From Halalkalibacterium halodurans (GTDB lineage Bacteria; Bacillota; Bacilli; Bacillales; Bacillaceae_D), in contig NZ_SNUY01000086.1 in NCBI RefSeq assembly GCF_004376175.1, positions 1 to 12,849 of the forward strand: a DNA stretch of 12,849 nucleotides, given 5' to 3'. The notes under the pieces were generated by a model. The model was not told where the DNA came from and searched no databases. It saw nothing but the letters and a program-made list of their open reading frames with translations. Below are positions 1-7,240 of this stretch, piece by piece (the first letter of the stretch is position 1; each line of letters starts with the position of its first letter). A program made the position numbers and the translations under genes.

Positions 1-166
1 AATCACCAAGCCATGTAGTTACCGAAGAGAGATCAGTTATCCAAAGCTTTTTAATTACTGGCCAATCCTTATTAACAAGGGTAAGAATGCCGCCAGAATA
101 ATGGGCATTTAACTGATTTAGAACGAAGTTTTGATAAGTTTCGTGTGCAATAAACGTTGGTTTCAT
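1..166 (-). CDS. Hypothetical protein, N-terminal 55 codons only (continues beyond the left edge)
   Basis: Not in the ORF track because it runs off the window. The reverse strand reads GAGGTG (172-177), ccaaa, then ATG (166-164). 55 open codons follow: MKPTFIAHETYQNFVLNQLNAHYSGGILTLVNKDWPVIKKLWITDLSSVTTWLGD. No family recognised by eye. Confidence 0.45.
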   Translation of the reverse strand, partial: MKPTFIAHETYQNFVLNQLNAHYSGGILTLVNKDWPVIKKLWITDLSSVTTWLGD

Positions 167-250
167 TTTGGCACCTCAATCACAAGTAGTAAGGGAAAAT
201 AATCCCTTCACCGGCGATTATTGTGGTGTTTTTGAAAAGTCAAGTGTTTC

Positions 251-280
251 TTGTCGAATTCGAGAAAATATTTTGATAAT
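251..280 (+). promoter_or_regulatory. Weak sigma-A-like promoter candidate that could feed the rfbB remnant, rfbD and rfbC
   Basis: TTGTCG (251-256), 18 nt, GATAAT (275-280). These match TTGACA/TATAAT at 4/6 and 5/6, and the spacer is one nt longer than optimal. It is the only plausible hexamer pair I see upstream of the + strand rfb genes. Confidence 0.25.
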
Positions 281-307
281 TAATTTCCAGTTTTAAAAAA
301 TGAACAT

Positions 308-336
308 TAAAAAATCCCACCTAAAATAGGAGGGAT
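308..336 (-). terminator. Rho-independent terminator oriented for the minus strand, with no adjacent upstream minus-strand gene
   Basis: The minus strand reads ATCCCTCCT-atttt-AGGTGGGAT (9-bp stem with one T:T mismatch) followed directly by TTTTTT. On the + strand the stem is followed by GAAATAAA, so it is effectively unidirectional. Confidence 0.45.
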
Positions 337-349
337 GAAATAAATTGGT

Positions 350-559
350 TTGAGGAAAATCCTTGAACCACAAAGCTCGGCGAATGCCGAGAGTCTATTT
401 AACTATGTGGAGGATCGTAAAGGTCATGACAGGCGTTATGCGATTAATTGGGGAAAGATTCATAAACAGCTCGGGTGGAGACCGCTCGTTGCCTTTGAGG
501 ATGGGCTAGTCGAAACCGTTCAATGGTACAAATCTCGATTGGCACAAGGAGGTCATTAA
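350..559 (+). pseudogene. rfbB: C-terminal remnant (about 69 codons) of dTDP-glucose 4,6-dehydratase
   Basis: The translation contains [41 protein letters not shown]. This is the conserved C-terminal block of RfbB/RmlB/SpsJ enzymes, which are over 300 aa. No Rossmann GxxGxxG or YxxxK catalytic part appears in any frame of 167-349. Only a TTG without an SD is available as a start. Confidence 0.8.
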
Positions 560-1410
560 TGACACACCTTCTCATCACGGGAGCCAATGGCCAAGTAGGC
601 ATGGAGTTAAGCAAACAGGGGAAGCAGCATTTTCAAGTAACGGCTCTTACGAAGCAAGAGTTAAATATACTTGTTCAAAACACGGTGATGAACAAGATTA
701 AAGGCGTGAACCCGGATTGGATTATTCATGCAGCCGCTTTTACCGCTGTTGACCAATGTGAGGACGAACAACGCAAAGCCTATCACGTGAACGGGCTAGG
801 CGCTGCGAATGTGGCCAGAGCTGCACGGGAAACGGGAGCGAAATTAATTTATATTAGCACCGACTACGTCTTTGACGGGAACAAAAACAGTCCCTATGAA
901 ACGTGTGACCTGCCAAACCCATTGAATGTGTATGGAAATAGTAAGTGGCTAGGGGAACGGCTCGTCCAAAAATATGTAAAAACGTGTACAATCGCCCGAA
1001 CCTCTTGGTTATATGGCCACTACGGAGGCAATTTCGTCAAAACCATGCTTCGCCTCTTACGTAAAGGAGAACCGATCGAAGTCGTAGCAGACCAAGTCGG
1101 CTGTCCAACCTATGTGAACGATCTTGTTTATTATTTATTTTCGTTAATGGAAAAACCTGGCGGAATCTATCATATTAGCAACCGCGGGTCATGCAGTTGG
1201 TTTGAGTTTGCTAGAGCGATTGCTAAAAATGCAGGTTATGATCCAAGCTTAATTAGGGCGACAACAACGAAAGCCTTTGCAGCAAAAGCCCGCCGCCCGA
1301 AATATTCGGTTATGAGCCATCAACAGCTGGAATTAGCAGGTTTGCAACCCCCAAGGGAATGGGAGCTGGCTCTAAAAGAGTTTATACAGGAGGAGACATG
1401 TCATGATTGA
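559..1410 (+). CDS. rfbD: dTDP-4-dehydrorhamnose reductase (RmlD/SpsK-like), 283 aa
   Basis: Start moved from the track ATG 523 to ATG 559. AAGGAGG lies at 546-552 with a 6-nt spacer, and the start overlaps the remnant stop as TAATG. Motifs seen: MTHLLITGANGQVG Rossmann N-terminus, ISTDYVFDG, YGNSK (YxxxK). Confidence 0.93.
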   Translation: MTHLLITGANGQVGMELSKQGKQHFQVTALTKQELNILVQNTVMNKIKGVNPDWIIHAAAFTAVDQCEDEQRKAYHVNGLGAANVARAARETGAKLIYISTDYVFDGNKNSPYETCDLPNPLNVYGNSKWLGERLVQKYVKTCTIARTSWLYGHYGGNFVKTMLRLLRKGEPIEVVADQVGCPTYVNDLVYYLFSLMEKPGGIYHISNRGSCSWFEFARAIAKNAGYDPSLIRATTTKAFAAKARRPKYSVMSHQQLELAGLQPPREWELALKEFIQEETCHD

Positions 1411-1858
1411 AGGTGTCAAAGTAAAAAGACTAACAAAGTATTGTGACGATCGCGGTTTTTTTGCTGAGCTTGTACGTGATGATGAACATTTGCTTGAACA
1501 CTTTGGGCAAGCCTCGGTTTCAATGAGCTACCCTGGTGTGATTAAAGCCTTCCATTATCACAACGAGCAAGATGATCTTTGGTATTTTCCTTCTGGAAAT
1601 GCCCAAGTCGTCCTTCACGATTTGCGCCCCAACTCGAAAACAGCTGGGATTACAGATGTCTATTATATGGGGGAGGAAAATCCGATCCTATTGCTCATAC
1701 CGAAGGGAGTAGCCCATGGGTACCGGGTGTTAGGTGGGAAGCCCGCGACGATTATTTATTTTACAACAAAATCTTATAATCGTAAGTCACCTGACGAAAA
1801 AAGACTGGCATGGGATGATCCATCGATTAACTTCGATTGGACGACAAAGCATCGGTAA
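1403..1858 (+). CDS. rfbC: dTDP-4-dehydrorhamnose 3,5-epimerase, short SpsL-type cupin, 151 aa
   Basis: ATG 1403 overlaps the rfbD stop (ATGATTGA), with AGGAGGAG at 1388-1395. Motifs seen: DDRGFFAE, FHYH, GVAHGY. The size matches the short Bacillus SpsL form. Confidence 0.9.
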   Translation: MIEGVKVKRLTKYCDDRGFFAELVRDDEHLLEHFGQASVSMSYPGVIKAFHYHNEQDDLWYFPSGNAQVVLHDLRPNSKTAGITDVYYMGEENPILLLIPKGVAHGYRVLGGKPATIIYFTTKSYNRKSPDEKRLAWDDPSINFDWTTKHR

Positions 1859-1860
1859 CG

Positions 1861-2562
1861 TTATTCTGTATCTTTTTCAACCCATGGTTTTTTTCCACTA
1901 GCCATTTTCGCTTGAACGCCTTTCGGATGGATTCGATGCTCATCTGTAATCACATTAACCGGATGAAAGCTCCAATATTTCACTAGCTTTCTAAAAAACC
2001 CAGCATCAGCATTCGGCCAAAGCGACGGATGATCATCCCAATTTTTTACTTTTTTAAAACAGGACGCTCGATGCATAAAAGAATTGTGGTCGACTTTTCC
2101 CATAGGATGCTTTGTTACTCCTACAAGAGGTCGTACGAATGTCTTGATCACTTGCCCACGTTTATTGTACTTGAACACGCGTTGCCGTCCATAGACGACA
2201 TGAATGCGCGGATTCCGTTTAAATACTTTGACCATACTTTGAAAGCGTGTAGGATAATACAAATCATCATCGGTTAAGTAGGTGACAAGATCACCAGTAA
2301 TATGGGGGATTGCTAAGTTAATACACGTTGCGTAGCGTGCCGTTTTATAACGGTCTTTATCGGTCACGCTTGATTGAATGAGGGTAATCCGTGGATCATG
2401 ATTGGCGATTTGCCTTAACAGTTGCCGCGTTTGTTCGTTCGAGTGATCATCGACAATGATGAGTTCCCAGTGAGGGTATGTTTGTTTCTGTACACTGGAA
2501 ATGGCCTCCTTTACGCCGTTAGGACGATTATAACTTGTTAGAATACAGCTTATTTTTAACAT
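1861..2562 (-). CDS. Family 2 glycosyltransferase, SpsA-like, 233 aa
   Basis: Start moved from GTG 2595 to ATG 2562, which is preceded by GTAGGGGAACC. MLKISCILTSYNRPNGVKEAISSVQKQTYPHWELIIVDDHSNE plus YLTDDD (DxD) and a later DHNSFMHR block parallel my recollection of B. subtilis SpsA (VIMTSYNK, MDDNSNE, TDDN, DHCSVMHR). Confidence 0.88.
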   Translation of the reverse strand: MLKISCILTSYNRPNGVKEAISSVQKQTYPHWELIIVDDHSNEQTRQLLRQIANHDPRITLIQSSVTDKDRYKTARYATCINLAIPHITGDLVTYLTDDDLYYPTRFQSMVKVFKRNPRIHVVYGRQRVFKYNKRGQVIKTFVRPLVGVTKHPMGKVDHNSFMHRASCFKKVKNWDDHPSLWPNADAGFFRKLVKYWSFHPVNVITDEHRIHPKGVQAKMASGKKPWVEKDTE

Positions 2563-2604
2563 GGTTCCCCTACTTTCTTCGATCTTTTCTGTCACAGCTA
2601 TTCA

Positions 2605-2631
2605 TATGGTATGAAAACAATGTGAATCGGT
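2605..2631 (-). promoter_or_regulatory. Sigma-K-type promoter candidate for the SpsA-like GT2
   Basis: The minus strand reads AC (2631-2630), 16 nt, then CATACCATA (2613-2605). This fits the sigma-K pattern AC-N16/17-CATA-N3-TA. It sits about 43 nt upstream of ATG 2562. Confidence 0.3.
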
Positions 2632-2686
2632 ATAGGGATCTGTACGAGTTTTCGGAAGATTTCATCACAAAAAGTCAGGTGATAAC

Positions 2687-3811
2687 ATGGTAAGCCTATC
2701 TCAAGGAACAGCGTTAAGCATAACGGCTTATGAAAACATTTGCGAACAAAAAGAAATACAAGATTTTACCCTCGGTCCTATTCAAAGGAATTATCTCTAT
2801 TTCGCCGGCTCCCCAGAGACAGTGAAAATCAAGCCTCCAATACGCCCTTTCCCCAATCAAAGCATACCGTCACATTGTGAAACGAAACCTTTTTATCTCG
2901 CAAGTATTAAACAGCCAATGTGTGTCAAACACCAAGTGATCCTATACAAACAAACATCTTTATTACCTGATAGCTTCCGGCATGAAACACGAGATGACTT
3001 CCATCAAGCCCTTCACTATGATCTAAAAACTAAGCAGTATCGGATCAAAAGGTTGGAGGAGACGACTCGCTGGCTTCCGGGGGATAGCCTTTTCCTTAGC
3101 GGCGAATTTTCAGGGGAGTATGGTCATTTTCTTTTAGAAATTCTCTCGAGATTATGGATTACAGACTTTATTCAGATTCAATCGCTTCCCATTTTAATGA
3201 ACCCAACCGATCGAAAGCAATGGCAGCTTGATTTATTGAAACCTTTTGGCATTAAGAAGCCGCAAATCGTTCCTTTGCATCAACCTACCGTTTGTGAACG
3301 GCTTCATATTCCGGTTCAATCTTTTTCTCTACGCCGTTATACATCTTCTTTTGCACACAAAGTTTGGAAAACAATCGGTGACTATTATGATACAGGTAGC
3401 CAACAGGTACCCGACAAAATTTATGTGTCAAGGTCCCGGCTTAAATCAAACCGAAGACGCTTGATAAATGAGACCGATGTTGAGCGTCTCTTTAGCCGCA
3501 ATGGATTTCAGATCATTCATCCTCAGGAGCTGACAATCAAAGAACAAATCAATCTTTTTCGTCATGCTCAAGTGATCGCTGGTCCCCTCGGTTCAGCGAT
3601 GTACAATTGTGTTTTTCAAACAAAACCAACAAAAAAATTGCTACTGACCTATGAAAAATTCATCAAAATGAGCGATCTGTTGATCAACACGTCTACAAAT
3701 GGGTTGCTTTATTATTTTGCAGGAACTGAACATAAACAAAACAAATCTCCTAGTAACACTGAATGGTCCATTAATCTTAATCAGCTCGCAGCTTATCTTG
3801 AAAACTTTTAA
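2687..3811 (+). CDS. GT61/DUF563-family glycosyltransferase, 374 aa
   Basis: AGGTGA at 2677-2682, 4 nt before the ATG. The GEYGHFLLEILSRLW motif and the C-terminal block IYVSRSRLKSNRRRLINETDVERLFSRNGFQIIHPQELTIKEQINLFRHAQVIAGPLGSAMYNCVF are characteristic of the DUF563/GT61 (EOGT-like) family. Confidence 0.85.
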   Translation: MVSLSQGTALSITAYENICEQKEIQDFTLGPIQRNYLYFAGSPETVKIKPPIRPFPNQSIPSHCETKPFYLASIKQPMCVKHQVILYKQTSLLPDSFRHETRDDFHQALHYDLKTKQYRIKRLEETTRWLPGDSLFLSGEFSGEYGHFLLEILSRLWITDFIQIQSLPILMNPTDRKQWQLDLLKPFGIKKPQIVPLHQPTVCERLHIPVQSFSLRRYTSSFAHKVWKTIGDYYDTGSQQVPDKIYVSRSRLKSNRRRLINETDVERLFSRNGFQIIHPQELTIKEQINLFRHAQVIAGPLGSAMYNCVFQTKPTKKLLLTYEKFIKMSDLLINTSTNGLLYYFAGTEHKQNKSPSNTEWSINLNQLAAYLENF

Positions 3812-4467
3812 AAATGCTTTAACGAATGATCCAAAAACAGACGTACATCATCTAGACGCTTCTTTGGCGCTCGCCCTAACCGTTGATTCACTGCTGCTAC
3901 CAACTCGTCTGGATGCTGCAATAGATCGCTGAAGTGAACGTCAATGATATCCGCTCCTTCCTCTACAAGCTGCTCGCGAATGCGCTGTTTATTTCCTAGG
4001 TATGGTAGCAAAATTTGTTGCGCCTCTAATTCTGTCATATCATTTCGTCTAACCAAGGATGCAATCGATTCTTTTATTGGACGATGGACAATAATATATG
4101 TGATGTCGGCCACTCTTTCCATTGGCCCTTTCCACAGGTCAAAAGTTAACAACATCCGTGGATCTTTTATGCCCCATGCAGGTTTGGCATGCTGTAATAA
4201 AAAAGTCTTTACCTGCCTTCTCGGTATTTTTAATTGTTTAATAAGTTCAGGAGAAGGCGGTTTTTTCCAACTCCCACCGATAGTGTGTAAAATCCGATCA
4301 TTTACCGCAACGAATTCTTCGTTCTCAAAATGCCCCTTAGGGTTCCATTCATTTTCCTTTAGTAGATGTTGTCCCATATGAACACCTAAATGATACAAAA
4401 CCCCTGCAGTTGCACTTGAGCCTGATCGATGTAGCGTCAAAATAAGGAACAGTTTTGATCGTATCAT
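3808..4467 (-). CDS. Sulfotransferase (RSGSS P-loop type, Sulfotransfer_3-like), 219 aa
   Basis: Start moved from 4617 to ATG 4467, with GGAAAGGGGGGAGAG immediately upstream. Motifs seen: MIRSKLFLILTLHRSGSSATAG, NPKGHFENEEF, WGIKDPR, IVHRP..ES..SL. The CDS overlaps the convergent GT61 by 4 nt. Confidence 0.8.
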   Translation of the reverse strand: MIRSKLFLILTLHRSGSSATAGVLYHLGVHMGQHLLKENEWNPKGHFENEEFVAVNDRILHTIGGSWKKPPSPELIKQLKIPRRQVKTFLLQHAKPAWGIKDPRMLLTFDLWKGPMERVADITYIIVHRPIKESIASLVRRNDMTELEAQQILLPYLGNKQRIREQLVEEGADIIDVHFSDLLQHPDELVAAVNQRLGRAPKKRLDDVRLFLDHSLKHF

Positions 4468-4570
4468 CTCTCCCCCCTTTCCTCTTTTTATACCTTTATG
4501 TGAAGCGAATGTTTTTCGTGTGTACATGTTGTTCCCGATTTCTAAGAGAAAAGCAAAAAAGCGAAATAGA

Positions 4571-5335
4571 TTATCTATCCCGCTTTCCATGGAACCCTTG
4601 TTGATGTTTACGCTCAAAACGCTTTAATCGATAGGCAGACAATGGGTCCAACGCTCGAATCCGTTTGGTCAATAATTCCTTTGCGAACGCATAAAGTTCA
4701 AGGTCAGCTTCATTATTTTTAGCAATTTTCTCCAGTAGATTAGGGGAGATTTCCTCCTTTGATCGCCGTTTTTTCGTTACGTTGTATTTTTGATAAGCGA
4801 CCTGCTTCCAGTTGAACATCTCCTTCATTAAAAAGAGCGAAGCGTCAAACTTTTCGGTTAAGCCTACAACGGCAAAGTGATTTTTTAAAATGTTCTTTGC
4901 CCGATTAACTTCCGTCACGGACGTCAGCTGCCCCCCTAAAATATATCGCGTTTGCAAATTCCGATTCTTCGGAAGTGCCTGATATTCTTCTAAACTCATC
5001 TTCATGACCGACTCATGTAAATTATGCCATTCGATATTGCGAATAAAATAGTACTCTGAAATGACTCGATCGACCGGATCACGCAACATTGTAATATAGG
5101 TCGTGGGACGGTTGAAATATTCATGTACCCCGAAAGGCAAATGACCCTGAACACATTCAATGTTTTGCTTTGATAAACCTTTGAAAATCCCAGGTAATTT
5201 ATGATGCTCCTCGTAAACATCCACACTTTTGCGGCTATCATAATTTCTCTTGATAATTTTTTTTAATGTTGTTCCACCTGTTTTCGGCATATGGAGATGG
5301 ATGAGTACGTTTGCTGAATGATTTCGGTTATCCAT
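4571..5335 (-). CDS. Carbohydrate sulfotransferase, PKTGG type (Sulfotransfer_2-like), paralogue 1, 254 aa
   Basis: HLHMPKTGGTTLKKII is a 5'-PSB motif and TMLRDPVDRVISEYYF a 3'-PB motif. Start chosen at ATG 5335 (MDNRNHSANVLIHLHMPKTGG). This gives the same N-terminal length and the same total length (765 nt) as paralogue 2, and it overlaps that gene's stop as ATGGATAA. No clear SD, so translational coupling is assumed. Confidence 0.82.
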   Translation of the reverse strand: MDNRNHSANVLIHLHMPKTGGTTLKKIIKRNYDSRKSVDVYEEHHKLPGIFKGLSKQNIECVQGHLPFGVHEYFNRPTTYITMLRDPVDRVISEYYFIRNIEWHNLHESVMKMSLEEYQALPKNRNLQTRYILGGQLTSVTEVNRAKNILKNHFAVVGLTEKFDASLFLMKEMFNWKQVAYQKYNVTKKRRSKEEISPNLLEKIAKNNEADLELYAFAKELLTKRIRALDPLSAYRLKRFERKHQQGFHGKRDR

Positions 5336-6092
5336 GTGGACCAAATCCATTTTGATCTTGTAAAAACTGTTGCAGTGCTTTCCTTGCACCTGAATCTAAC
5401 CGTTTGATGTGTTCCTGTAGCTTTTCCTTTGCTGTTTCATAAAGATGAAGGTCCAATGGATTCTTTCGTTTAATGATTTCGATGGTATCTAATCCTATGT
5501 CTGTTTGTCGTTTCCTTTTCTTCGTTACATTCTTTTTTTGATAGGAAATATGATCCCATCCTAATTTCTTCTTCATGATAAATAATGATTCATTATAAAG
5601 CTCTGTGATTCCGACGACAGAAAAGTGTGCGTCCATATGTTGTAACGCTTTGTTTAAATTAGGCTTCCTTTCACCAGATAGATACCTCGTTTGATGATTT
5701 GTTAGTGGCACTTGCAAGTCTGGATCTGTCGACCGCACAAACTGTTCAAAGGTGAGTGGTTTCACTTTTTGATGCATCCGATTTCTCTCATTTTGTAAGA
5801 TGAAATAATAAGTCGATATGATCCGTTCAACTGGATGTCGAAGCATCGTGATATATGTGAAGGGCTGTTGAAAATATTCGTGTACCCCAAAGCGATGATG
5901 ACCATACACACATTGGAGCTCCTTTATGTTTGCGCCTTTTTTCTGTAAATTGTCCAGCTTATTCTTTTGAGGCAGCCTTAAAATGTGCTCAGATCGGTAT
6001 TGTTGATCAAGAATATTCCGTAACGTGATCCCACCCGTTTTTGGTATGTGCATAAAAATAACAAGTGGGATTTTGGTTGATTCGTGTTTCAT
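5328..6092 (-). CDS. Carbohydrate sulfotransferase, PKTGG type (Sulfotransfer_2-like), paralogue 2, 254 aa
   Basis: Motifs seen: FMHIPKTGGITLRNIL and TMLRHPVERIISTYYF. Start moved from ATG 6161 (no SD) to ATG 6092, which has GGAG at 6103-6100 with a 7-nt spacer. Confidence 0.82.
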   Translation of the reverse strand: MKHESTKIPLVIFMHIPKTGGITLRNILDQQYRSEHILRLPQKNKLDNLQKKGANIKELQCVYGHHRFGVHEYFQQPFTYITMLRHPVERIISTYYFILQNERNRMHQKVKPLTFEQFVRSTDPDLQVPLTNHQTRYLSGERKPNLNKALQHMDAHFSVVGITELYNESLFIMKKKLGWDHISYQKKNVTKKRKRQTDIGLDTIEIIKRKNPLDLHLYETAKEKLQEHIKRLDSGARKALQQFLQDQNGFGPHG

Positions 6093-6230
6093 AAGAACAC
6101 TCCAATCAGCAGTCTTTATACCATTAGTATATTTTTCAAAAAACAAGATCGTTCTAGGCATACCGATTAATGATCTGCTTCAACGTTATGAATGGGTATC
6201 AGCGGGAAGAGAGGCGTTAGCGACTAACGT

Positions 6231-6279
6231 TGAAATACAAAATACCCCAAGTGTTAGATTTATGCTCTAACACTCGGGG
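6231..6279 (-). terminator. Rho-independent terminator downstream of the PHP gene
   Basis: The minus strand reads CCCCGAGTGTTAGA-gcataaa-TCTAACACTTGGGG (14-bp stem, one mismatch) followed by TATTTTGTATTT. A smaller hairpin ACCGTTC/GAACGGT (6286-6305) lies between the stop codon and this stem. Confidence 0.7.
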
Positions 6280-6314
6280 TGCAGCACCGTTCCAACAAGA
6301 ACGGTTCTCTCCTG

Positions 6315-7121
6315 TCATTCTTCATCCGCCTTCCATCCAAACTGTCCTAACGAATGTTCATCCGTATGGAAATCAGATCCACCTGTCTTTATAAGTGCAA
6401 ATTCTGTCGCTAACATTTTATACTTCTCCTGGTCGGTCTCGTCATGATTCCGATGCCACACTTCGATACCATCAAAATCAAGGGCTAACAATTCCCGGAC
6501 TAGCGTATCTTCTAAATAAACCGGATGGGCCAATATAGCTTTTCCACCTGCTTCGTGTATCAGCTTGATCCCTTCTTCTGGAGTCAAGATCATTTTGTCG
6601 ATAGCACATGGCTTACCATCTGCCAAATACTCATCAAAAACAGTCTGATAATCTAGAACATACCCTTTTTTGACGATTGCTTTCGCAATGTGAGGTCTTG
6701 CGATGACTCCATCCTCACTAAATTGTTTCACTTCATCGAGGGTAATTGTAAACCCAATGTCATTAAATTTTTCAATGATTTGCATCGCCCGTCCTTCTCG
6801 ATGCTTTTTTAACTGGACAAGGATTGCTTGTAATTTCTCACTCGCTTTAACGTTATACCCGAGAATGTCAACATTTGTTCCTTTGTATTTTGTAGTGAGT
6901 TCAATCGCAGGAATGACGTTAATACCGTGGCGCTTGCCAGCAATAACCGCTTCCTCAATCCCATCAAGTGTATCATGGTCTGTAATCGCGATTGTCCGTA
7001 ACCCGATCTCCTTGGCTTTCTTTACGATAGCTGTCGGCGAATATTCCCCATCGGAGGCTGTCGTATGAATATGCAAATCAAACGCGCCAGCTTGCACAAT
7101 TTCTTTTAAATCCATGTTCAT
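6315..7121 (-). CDS. PHP-domain metal-dependent phosphoesterase, TrpH/YciV (COG0613)-like, 268 aa; candidate 3',5'-bisphosphate nucleotidase
   Basis: Motifs seen: DLHIHTTASDGEYSP, IAITDHDTLDG, E at IELT, ILAHP, GGSDFH. Together these form the PHP metal-ligand pattern. AAGGAG lies upstream of ATG 7121. Confidence 0.88.
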   Translation of the reverse strand: MNMDLKEIVQAGAFDLHIHTTASDGEYSPTAIVKKAKEIGLRTIAITDHDTLDGIEEAVIAGKRHGINVIPAIELTTKYKGTNVDILGYNVKASEKLQAILVQLKKHREGRAMQIIEKFNDIGFTITLDEVKQFSEDGVIARPHIAKAIVKKGYVLDYQTVFDEYLADGKPCAIDKMILTPEEGIKLIHEAGGKAILAHPVYLEDTLVRELLALDFDGIEVWHRNHDETDQEKYKMLATEFALIKTGGSDFHTDEHSLGQFGWKADEE

Positions 7122-7240
7122 TCCTCATTTCTCCTTCGGCAGCTAAGAACAGCAAACGCATCATCCCACGGATGTTGTTCATCTTCCTTTTTTATTAAAT
7201 TAACATAAATCGCTAGGGTTCATGAACAAAAAGAAAAATC

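Noticed and set aside
191-208. Hairpin AAGGGA-aaataa-TCCCTT in the left intergenic region.
   Set aside because: The stem is only 6 bp and no U-tract follows in either orientation. Extension by the CACAA/TTGTG flanks is highly asymmetric. It is not convincing as a terminator or a riboswitch element.
335-343. Mini-ORF ATG AAA TAA directly after AGGAGGG.
   Set aside because: The AGGAGGG is the 3' arm of the minus-strand terminator stem and has zero spacing to the ATG. A two-codon ORF here is most simply coincidental.
523-6161. Longer N-terminal extensions offered by the track: ATG 523 for rfbD, GTG 2595 for GT2, 4617 for the RSGSS sulfotransferase, 5389 for paralogue 1 and 6161 for paralogue 2.
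   Set aside because: The extensions lack SDs and overlap upstream genes or intergenic sequence. They also add residues not seen in the family N-termini. Four of the five internal starts (559, 2562, 4467, 6092) have GGAGG-type SDs; 5335 was instead chosen on paralogue length and its overlap with the upstream stop. The chosen starts give canonical N-termini.
6215-6229. Small hairpin CGTTAG-cga-CTAACG just beyond the PHP terminator.
   Set aside because: The stem is 6 bp with a strained 3-nt loop, and it lies outside any transcript end I can justify. It is probably incidental.
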